64,000 bases of DNA from Bugula neritina (taxonomy: Eukaryota > Animalia > Bryozoa): NCBI GenBank assembly GCA_964035545.1, contig OZ037765.1:29511504-29575503 (forward strand), read 5' to 3'. Made by a program: the position numbers and the translations under genes. Shown here piece after piece: positions 44,465 through 64,000 of the stretch. Below the pieces are notes generated by a model. That model was not told where the DNA came from. It did no database searches and saw only the letters and a list, made by a program, of their open reading frames with translations. How positions within the stretch are numbered: the stretch's first letter is position 1; every line of letters starts with the position of its first letter.

Positions 44465-46916
44465 ATGGATGTCCTAAACATTGAAAACTCACAATGTAAT
44501 TCTCAGAGATCCAAGCAGTCTAGCAAACCTGGCATTATAAAAGGTAAGTTATTTTTTACTTGTTCATTTAAAAATATTTAAAATATTGGTAGTATACTTT
44601 TATTTGTCTAAACATGCTACTGCTGTGTGCACAGTAAGACAATAAGACTTGGATTTGAGAAGTTTAAAGGTGCCCACTTTATTAGTTTCTTCAAATTCTT
44701 GGTTGTTTTTACATACTTTTTGTGTTGCAGTTTCCATTTTAGTGGTCAGAGTGAACGACTCCACATTATTTTTACTCACTCTTGCATGCCAGCAGCCCCT
44801 TCAAATATTTGAAAGCTATGTTGAGTTCAGTGTTTTTATAGTAAATCCCAAATACTTTGCTAAGCTATTTGGATAGCCTATAAATTGTGTGAGAAAATGT
44901 ACCCATAGTATGGGGAGGCTTAGTTGTTGGTTACACCCATTGCTGATCAACTGTGTTGAAATATTTTTCAGGGCAGTCAAAGGTGTCAGCCTCAATGGGT
45001 CTCAGTTTCAAGAATGTCAATACCACTCAAGATACTACCAATGTTGCACTCAAACCAAAGTTGACAGCAAAGCCGGTAAGCTGTGATGTAGTATATATTA
45101 TCATGCAGGTGTACATTTATGTGGAGGAGGAGGTTGATTTGAGATCTGAATGCACAAATACAAGTTTTGATAAATTGTAACCACTATGTGACTTGCAGGT
45201 CAATTTTGAATTAAAAAATACCATTTCAAGATCTGAGTACTTAGTACTTAGCGTGGTCCCATAATCAACCGCGCTTTGGAATAGTCATTGTGCTTGTGTA
45301 CCAATGACTTCTGCATTAACAAATTTGTACTTTATTTTCACTGTAAAATATTATACAGCTTTTTCATTATCTTAGACTTCTTAGCTTCAATTTACACCAG
45401 GCTATTAATGCAGACTAGTGTTGTTCTATTGATAAAAAGTTTGTCCACATTTAAACATGGCTTGATTGATATATTATATATGTTTCAAAGATACATGATG
45501 TGAAATAAATGTTGCAAAATTTTCTTTTTAACCAATTTCATATCTATTTTTTAAGTATTGGATTTAACAAACTGAAATGTGTTCATATTCTATTTTTAAG
45601 TCTGTAGATGCAGTAATAAATGTTAAGTAAAAATTTAAGTTGAAGTGTTTAAATATGTTATGTTCAGTAGTACTGTGTCAACCTTTTAAACATTTTTTGC
45701 TATTTTCTATCAAATACTTGTTGTCATTATTAGGTTAAAAAAGAAGATGAAGACATTGAATATATGCCTGATGTTGCGATTGCGGAAGGTTTGTAAGCAA
45801 CATAGTTTTACCTTGCAGGTCTTTGTAGTGATTAACATAGTTTGTGAAATATGCTACTTTAAGTTAGTAGTAAGCTTGAGGCAGGTCATATATGACCTCA
45901 GCTGATGGACATTGTCAAAGCGACTCCTTGATGCCAGGAATAGATGTTCTAGTAATATACTTTTCATCAGTTTATGCGGTTGCACACAAGGTTAACCAGT
46001 AAACTGAATTTTCATTAATTTTCTTTTATTGGGATTCTAAGTAGAGTCACCTGCATTATGGCCTGGGACTACTTCTGAGAAGCTACCTATAGACTTTGCA
46101 TAATTGAGACAGCTATCCTTGAAAATTGTTTTTCTTTTTAAATAAATTGTTTGAAAAATTCTAGCCCATAGCTGAATTACTAGAATGAATTTTTAGTAAT
46201 TTATTTTGCGTAGTTGCTTCAGTTGGCTGAGGTTACTTTAGTGACAGACATTCAGCTATGCTAGTTATATTTTAATTGTAGATGACTATGCTGACATTAT
46301 ACCACTAGAGGAAAGAGTGTCATTGAAGCATTTGAGACTTATCTTTAGTGCTCCTTCAGCTGCAGATAGTTTTAGTGAAGAAGATAGAGATTTTGACGGT
46401 TTTCCCCTTCCTGAACCTTCAGGTAAAGAAATACTAGTTTACATGAAAAATATTTATCTAGTAGTTATAAATTTATTTTTTTGGTCAGATAAATCAATTA
46501 AGTGATAAAAAGATATGAAAGGTACACTGAAATAATTTATAGTTGATCCATTATTACCTTATGCAAAAACTCATGATTCATTCACCACGCGTGACATGAC
46601 ATAACTTTAATCAAAAATTGTTAAACTAAATCAAATCTAGACAGAAAACTCCACAACAATAAGTTACCTATATTTTGCTAATCAAAAATTTAAAGCTCTG
46701 CGTCTACATCACCATTTATTCCAAGCTAGTTTTTTTAAAGTGACAGTCAAGGACATTTTTATTTATCCTGCTGCTCATGGCTCTGGTTTATTTTGCATGT
46801 CATTCTTTATGCTTTTTATTTTAGAAACTGCAGAATTTCTGCTAGCTGAAGAAGTAACAGATATATATGAGCCATGCGTGCTATCTGAGATCAGTTTTGA
46901 TGATGACTCACAATAG
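44465..46916 (+). CDS. Securin-like separase inhibitor (divergent), 5 coding exons
   Basis: Exons ~44465-44543, 44972-45075, 45734-45788, 46282-46422, 46825-46916 splice in frame to a ~155-aa protein with a basic N-half and acidic C-half, containing EDIEYMP and PLPEP motifs. Confidence 0.65.
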
Positions 46917-47085
46917 GTTATCTTATTCAATTTACCTTTCTGCATCGCTGATTTCTTTTTATTTTCAAAATACCTGTGCCAAACTTGTACAAACCTGTAA
47001 ATTCTCATTTTTAATTTTATTGTAATCCACTTTAGTTTATTGTATTTAATCAATTATGTAACAAATAAATATAATTATATAAAAC

Positions 47086-48017
47086 TTAAACATCACAGTT
47101 ACATTGTATGTGATGAGCAGGAATTCTCAAGGCTGACTGAAGTTCAGCCAGGGTAGGCTTGGGATCTGTTGATATCGTGTCATGTAATTGATGGAGAACT
47201 TTATGGCCAGCATCTCTCCATACCTCTGTTAGTCTGTTCAACGTATCCAAATCATTATGAACTCTGTGATATTCTACCAGCTGTAGCCTTCTTAACTCCT
47301 CACTGGCCTCTTCTAATTCCCTGTCTTTGTTGGGAGTTATTGGCTCACGCGAAGCACTTGAAGTTGCTACTGGTGATTTGAATTTGGCATTCAACACTTT
47401 CCTTTTCAATGTTCGAATTTTCGGTAAAGAAACTGCTTTACCAGGAATTGTCTTACACTGAGGAGTATGTGTGTTGGGGCTTGTGTATTTAGAGACTGTT
47501 GCGGAGGTAAGCAGGCTTGAGGATATGGGGTCTGGTGCTATGTCACCTGATGTACAGCTTGGTGAGCCAGTATATTTTGTTAGTACAGCATTCTGTGTCT
47601 CACAACCAGATCCATGAGCTGTGGTGAGTGGAGATTTGAATGGAACTGTGAAACGTCTTCGTTTACATAAGGGAGAGTTATAGTTGTCATGTTTCCCTAA
47701 TTTCTGCAAAGTTATAATGCATAACATTCATCAAAGTGGCATATTTTCAACATTTTTTACATTACACACAGACAATATCTGTGTGTATACGTATGTATAT
47801 ACCACATGCTATTATAGAATCCAACTGATTCCGAGTATCAGCATGAAAGCTTTAATTAAAGTTTTCAAATCCTTGTAATGTAATAGAGTGAGATAAAAGT
47901 GTTGACAAATCTTACACTTTAACTAATTGTAGTTGATGAATCACTTACTTCTGATGAAATTACAGATGCATCATTGACCTCGGAGCTTTTCATCAGCTTA
48001 CCACTATTCATTTCCAT
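47086..48017 (-). CDS. SFR1: Swi5-dependent recombination repair protein SFR1/Mei5 homolog, 2 coding exons
   Basis: Exon 48017-47949 (MEMNSGK...SSE|gtaagt) plus 47703-47086. Two FKSP motifs and a C-terminal Mei5-like domain, LRRLQLVEYHR..NDLDTLNRLTEVWRDAGHKVL..TLAELQSALRI. Confidence 0.8.
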
Positions 48018-51000
48018 ACAGCAAATTTCAATCTCGACAATTCTTTAAACCTAGTGAACGAAAAAGTCTTTAAAAATTCTGCAACTGGCAATTTTAGTGA
48101 CATCTTCCAGCAAAAAAGTCACGTTTACATTCACACACTAGGAACATATTAAATTGCAATTCAGTTGATGATACAAACTTTGTGTGGAAACTACTGAAAT
48201 TTTAAGTCATTTTTACCAAACTCTGAATAATTGAATTAAATTTAAAACCTGATTATCTCAAACTAAAAACTAAATAGATAAATACAAAAAGACACACATG
48301 TCTAAAAATCAACTTTAACCAATTAACTGGAGGTCTTTTTGTTACTGATGGCCAAAATACAATCTATTCTTTGTTTGATATGGGTTTAAGAAATTATAAC
48401 TCATTATAAATACAATATATGTTGCTTCAAGAACAAATCAGAAAGCACAAACGTTTTTCAAGATGGCAATGTGCAGGAAAATGAAATATAATTTTGCTAT
48501 TAAACAAAAACTATTGCCTTTGTTATTTGAGTATTACAACAATTTAATGATAAATAAAAACTTCAGTAGAGTAAAATGTTGGGTCTTCTGTCAGCTTTTT
48601 TGATGCTTTTAGATTCAATTTCGTGACAAAATGTACAGATCTTCTTATTGATATTGCAATGTCAATAAGGCAATAAGTTTGAATGTGATAAACGTCAAAC
48701 AATATCAATTTTGACATACATTTGATGCAGATAATGACACTACCTAATAACTGACATCAAGTTATACAGTGAGAGCTATACATACAACTATAATATATAG
48801 ATGAAAATATTCAAGAGAAAATAAGCCAACTTGTCATGGAATACTTAAAAACTATATTATATTTGAAGTGAGTGAATGCAGACAGAGAATATATAAATTT
48901 TAGACGAGAAGAGGATTTACAAAGAGATGGAGGAAAAAGTGGTATAGGAAAAAGAACAACACATAATGAAGATAATAAAAAGGTGAGAGAAATTTATACT
49001 GCTGATGAGATACTATGAAAAGTTCAAAGTGAGAATGAACTAGAAGAAAAATCAATGTTCACAATGGTAGTTCTAAGAGAACCAACTTCACAGGTGTAAA
49101 ATAAATGCTGGAATTAAAAATGAGCAAGAAATTAAGCAAGACTTAGGTAAGAAGAGAGAAGACTAAAATGTGAACAAGATTAATAAGACACTAGATGCTG
49201 TTACAATCAATAAAGTTACAAAGCTAAATAATACTGTCACATATCTGTACAGAAAGATTAGTAGAGAAAATGTGTAGGAGTAAACCAGCATGGAAAGTAG
49301 AAGATGAAATTAGCAGACATGAGATAAGACTTGAGTAGAGTAGTAGAATGCAAAAATAGATTTGAATGAGTGAAATTGAAGCTTCAAATAAAGTATAAGG
49401 TCAAAAACAAAAGGAACCACTAGTGGTGACTTAAAGAAGTGAAACAAAATTTTAGTGCTGTAAACCCAAAGATGAAGAGATATGCAGGATGAATAAAACA
49501 ATATATCTAGAATAGAGTTTTTATGAACCGTCAAAAATGGTTCCATGAAGATTAATTTTAAGAAAATGAATACATTGTTGCAGAAAAGGCACCAGTTAAA
49601 AAATAAATTTCAAAGTGCCCTGGTAATGAATAAAAGGAATAAACATAGTACAATGCAAAATGGATAGAGCAAAAAAGAAAGTGATGGAGCGTGGTGCAAG
49701 ATCTTGATGAGGAGTCAAAAATTGAAGAAATAGTAGATGGAGTCAGAAAAGAGTAATAAATAAAAAAGTACTGGACTCAAGGCTGAAAAGAATAATTATA
49801 TAAAAGAAAGAACTACATGAGCAGTTGTAGCAGCTTGAATATTTGACTAGAATATTGAGAGAGTTGAAAAAAAAGAAAGAGACAAGGAATTAGCTCAAAG
49901 GGACAGACCATATGCTAGCCAAAAATTTGTTGATGAGAAATGCTTAATGATTAGAGAATGCAACTTGTTAAATGAGGATGTATTATTGGGTAGCTACATA
50001 GGGAATAAAACCATAGTAAAATTAAAGAATGATAAGATGATAGAGTGTATTTAAGAAGCAACTATCACCACTTGTGCTGACCCTGGAGATTACCAGATGA
50101 ACGAAAAAATATAGAAGGTAAATAAATACCAAAATGTGATAAGCCTTGACAAAATTTCTTTCCATTGTAGCTAAAGCTATTGGAGTCATTTTATACAGGG
50201 TTGTACACTAGACGTGAAAAATTACGCAATTATTTAGTAATTGGTTCGACTAACATCCTGAGAAAAGTACTATCTATTCCAGGGGAGTGAAGCTAGGCAA
50301 ATTTACTATACGTCAGCTGTGACACAGCCAAGAATATAACAAATAAACATGTGATTGCGGACTTGTATTTTTTTAGGTAAACTGTAGTTCAAAATCAACA
50401 TAAAATTGTTCCTTCTTACTAAAAGATGTAGAGCACTTTTGGTGCTGTCTCAGGACTTAAACTCTTTTAATTTCACACGGACAGCAAATTTATCTACCTA
50501 GCAATTATAATAATAATATTTACATCAAATGCAATGAAAATGTTATTCTAAAATAATAGTTATTGACCATGACAAAAGGCAGCCATAAATGATAATCAAT
50601 TACTCTAAGTTGAAATCATAGTGAAGTTGATATTTCTTCAATGTAGCAATATTATAATTATTAGTAATTTCTTAAAAAATAAAACCTAAGAATAAAAGCT
50701 TAAAAGTGAATTTTCTTTCAACTATCAATATGAATTTCATTATACATTTTATTAAAATAATACTACTAGTATTAGTATTAGATTAGTATTACTATTAGTA
50801 TTAGTATTAATCTATTACTATCAGTATCAGTATTAATATTAAATTTAGTTCATTAGTAGGCCATTACTATTACTATTAGTCTTAAAGTTAAAGTATATTT
50901 TTATTGGTATTACTACTAGTTTTAATAGTGCATAGCCAAGCTCAATAACAATGACAATCACAATATAAATGTCATATAATTATATACAGATAGTGATACT

Positions 51001-51199
51001 CATACTCATAGTCATACTCATACTCATAATGAATAGTCATAGTCATACTGATACTGATAGCTTTTACATAACTCAATAAGAATGCATGTTTTTCAGAAAT
51101 TAAAGAAACAAAACTATCAGAAATTTAAACTAATGAAATTATCTTTGCATACATCTGTTGAAGTTTAAACTAAAATCATTCTCATTTTGAGAACGTAGA

Positions 51200-51400
51200 A
51201 TGTAGACTCACTAGACATACAAAATAAAACTTAAAGCTGTAGAGCTTTTTCATAATAACGCGAAATTTTATAACTTGCGCATTAACTGTGAATTCCTACT
51301 TCTCCCATCAAAGAACTTCCTACTAGCCTATCAGTAGGAGTTGATAACTCTGCGATTGGAATTTTTTACCTAGATAACACTTGTTTTAAGGGCGCTAACT
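51200..51400 (-). promoter_or_regulatory. Putative SFR1 promoter and non-coding first exon with an E2F-like site
   Basis: TTTCGCG (minus strand, 51259-51265), ATTGG at ~51355, a minus-strand donor GTGAGT at ~51211 and a matching acceptor at ~48052. Confidence 0.35.
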
Positions 51401-51884
51401 TTTCACTATATTATTATGTTACAGCAATACTTTAGGAGCCTCATTTCAACAAGGTTACATTGGCAAGAGGTAATATCATATTTTTCACAGCAATTAACTG
51501 GTCTACTCGAAAAGTGATAGTTTGTTGTGATGGGCGTTGAATAAAAAGAATGTTGTATTGAGTGAAACACTTATATTTCCTTGCTTGTATAGTAGCGGAA
51601 TTAACAATTGAAGGCCTGCTAACACATTGCACAGTACCTGTAGCCTACCAATTTACAACTGTTTAAATCATGGCATTAAAACAAGGAGATGCTAATAATA
51701 CATATTACTATAATTTTAATAACCTGATTTAAACTGGATCCACAATGGTGAATAATTACAAATAAAAAATGTAATCATAAATTACAAGAATACGTGTAGC
51801 AAAGTGATATAAAATGAGTAGCAAAGTTTCAAAAAATATTGTTTCTGATGAATCTAAATTTCATTCACCACTGCACTTTTCAAA

Positions 51885-54286
<2,402 letters not shown>

Positions 54287-54349
54287 AGTTTGTTAGCTTA
54301 GTCTTAGTTTGACTTAAAATTGAAGCTGCGTTAAATTAAAAAAGGAAAT

Positions 54350-54430
54350 TGTCAAACGCCAACTAAACTTTCCCTCCAAAGCTCTTTTCGCGGTCGAGTC
54401 CTTATAGAAGAGTAAACGGAAGTGTAGCGC
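54350..54430 (-). promoter_or_regulatory. ZNF367 proximal promoter with E2F-like and ETS-like motifs
   Basis: tttccctccaaa (54369-54380, one mismatch to TTTCCCGCCAAA), ttttcgcgg (54385-54393) and cggaagtg (~54417), 80-140 bp from the ATG. Confidence 0.45.
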
Positions 54431-55523
54431 AGTCACTTTATTTAGAAAGAGGCGTTATCAACTCACCCCTACTATTGTTAAAGAATTTGCCTCCATCTTT
54501 AATTTGCAGGATAGTGGTAAGCTACAGCTGTTTTGCCGTGAAAAGACAAGTCCATTCGTCACATCCATATTTCATTTAAATCAAGAGGAAAAAGTTTTAT
54601 TTTAAAATAGTATTTTTACTTCACTCTAATTAACTGATTTGTGCACTAGTTTATATAAAGAGTCGATTAACGATCTCCTATTGAACCTGAAACTGAAAGT
54701 GAAAAGAAAAATTGTATCATCATGTATGTTATTCATATTCATATTGTTAATGTTATTATTATAGAATTTACTTTTACTTTTAGTTCTTTTTCTTGACGAT
54801 TGAACACCAAGCTCAATCATTCAATGGCAGTTGAAAAGAAATTTATATGGATAATGTGATTACTTATCAATTATCCCTGCTTTTATGTCAGCAATGACAT
54901 TCTCATTCTGTAATTGAGTACTTTTATCATAATGATAATTCTAAAATGAATTTCTAGCTGCTAAGCATTGTGTAAGGCCTGCAACTCCTATGGCTATAGT
55001 TACACTTAGTCTTACTTAAACTCTTTGGCTTGAATTCCCACACTTTTTGAATATGCTTTGGTTGAAACTTGAAAGATAAGTTTCAACTATATTTTTAAGT
55101 CGTTCTGTGGTGACGAGGGGACAACCCTGAAACAGCTGCTCTACACAGCTGTGTTCAATACTGCCATTAAATCATTGAAAATATATAACTTTATTGAGTT
55201 TAATTAGAAGTATAGGGGTATTATCAACTCCAATAAAAAGTATTAAAATAAATGTTTATAACGTAGCATTACAGAAATAGTATATACGTGTGTTTAGTAA
55301 ACCTGACAGGACACACATATTTTACAAAATGAGTAACTAGCTTGCATGAGGAAATAAATGTAAAAACCTCATGTATAGCCAAGACATACTTTAGCAGTTA
55401 TTGATTCACCTATTAACAAAATATTAGTTATAGGAAAGGCAATATATAATCCAAAAGGTTATTTCATTATCAAGGGAACAGTCTGCAACATAAATATTGG
55501 CTCTCGAAAGAAAACTGACGCAG

Positions 55524-62603
<7,080 letters not shown>

Positions 62604-63102
62604 CTGTAATACAGTATACTATATGTGTAATAAGTCTGTAATATAGTATAATATATGTGTAACAAGCCTGCAGTACAGTATACTATACAGTGTAACAAGT
62701 TTGCAATGCAGTTGAAAATACTATAATACAACATAGTAACAAATATTACTAATACAAACCCCTCTCTATATACCTTATAAATTACTAAGATTTTGATTTT
62801 CAATTCCAATTAGAAAACTCACTAAAAACATCCTTTTTAGATAAGATCAAGTTTAGTTGATACAAAGTGGCTGTGAGATAATATAGATTGCATCAGAAAA
62901 GAAGTTCTGTAATAACATACAATTATATTGCTAACATCACGGACATACACAATGCCTACAATAAATATATGATATGTACATACGAACTAGTACATAATAA
63001 CTATCACCGTAAGTGTTTAACCATGTTCATAGAATATAATTAGTGACTCCAGCAAAATTATTAGAATGTTTAGCGATAAATCTGATCATTTCTACAGCTA
63101 TT

Positions 63103-63757
63103 CAGTCAAACTTATAGTTCAGTCATACCTACAGTTAGTCAAACTTATAGGTTAGTCATACTTATAGTTTAGTTATACTTATAGTTTAGTCATACTTATA
63201 GTTCAGTCATACTTATAGTTCAGTCATACTCATAGTTCAGTCATACTTATAGTTCAGTCATACTCATAGTTCAGTCATACTTATAGTTTAGTCATACTTA
63301 TAGTTTAGTCATACTTATAGTTTAGTCATACTTATAATTTAGTCATACTTATAGTTTAGTTATACTTATAGTTCAGTCATACTCATAGTTCAGTCATACT
63401 TATAGTTCAGTCATACTTATAGTTTAGTTATACTTATAGTTTAGTCATACTTATAGTTCAGTCATACTTATAGTTCAGTCATACTCATAGTTCAGTCATA
63501 CTTATAGTTCAGTCATACTCATAGTTCAGTCATACTTATAGTTTAGTCATACTTATAGTTCAGTCATACTTATAGTTTAGTCATACTTATAGTTCAGTCA
63601 TACTTATAGTTTAGTCATACTTATAGTTTAGTCATACTTATAGTTTAGTTATACTTATAGTTCAGTCATACTTATAGTTTAGTCATACTTATAGTTCAGT
63701 CATACTTATAGTTCAGTCATACTTATAGTTCAGTCATACTTATAGTTTAGTTATACT
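63103..63757. repeat. 17-bp minisatellite (agtcatacttatagtt[c/t])n, ~38 units
   Basis: Exact 17-bp spacing of atagtt across ~650 bp. Confidence 0.97.
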
Positions 63758-64000
63758 ACTATTGAATAACCTCTGGCAAACAATCAACAATTCTATTCAG
63801 GATCATGTGATGTAATCCAATAAAACTCAGTTTCAACTTTATGCAATTTACTACACTATATTAGTGTAGTAAATTTTATATAATATACTAAACTGTATTA
63901 GTGTAGAACATTGTATATAGTGTATTACACAGTGTTAGTGTAGTACATTGTATATACAGTATAATATTATATTAGTGTAGTACAATGCAAATATACTACT

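Noticed and set aside
51312-51342. Short hairpin cctact..agtagg as a terminator or Helitron end
   Set aside because: Too short, with no supporting element context.
63103-63757. CRISPR-like array
   Set aside because: Head-to-tail repeats with no unique spacers, no cas genes, eukaryotic context.

Overview
AT-rich, gene-dense, intron-containing animal (invertebrate-like) genomic DNA; not prokaryotic. Ten spliced protein-coding genes can be assembled by hand from GT-AG exons. In order: a two-RRM Musashi/DAZAP1/Hrb27C-family RNA-binding protein (+), cytosolic seryl-tRNA synthetase (-), EMC3 (-), a TAPP/PLEKHA1-like dual-PH protein (+), two tandem cytosolic aspartate aminotransferase (GOT1) paralogs (-), a divergent securin-like gene (+), SFR1/Mei5 (-), ZNF367 (-) and a 5'-truncated WWP/ITCH/Su(dx) HECT E3 ligase (-). 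Repeats include a tRNA-Thr-derived SINE family (3 copies, TSDs visible), a 420-bp palindromic MITE with a 4-bp TSD, several 17-22-bp minisatellites and a long (CA)n. Most notable observations: (1) a CpG-rich, multi-hairpin ~200-nt island in EMC3 intron 1 with an Sm-site-like motif plus 3' stem-loop, a candidate unannotated structured RNA; (2) degenerate 2/6-bp-periodic tracts that recur specifically next to almost every inferred promoter; (3) one GOT1 paralog has a remodelled substrate-binding loop (YSNPP to HASSP) while the other ends in PTS1-like PKL. Exon boundaries were read by eye and may be off by a few bases.
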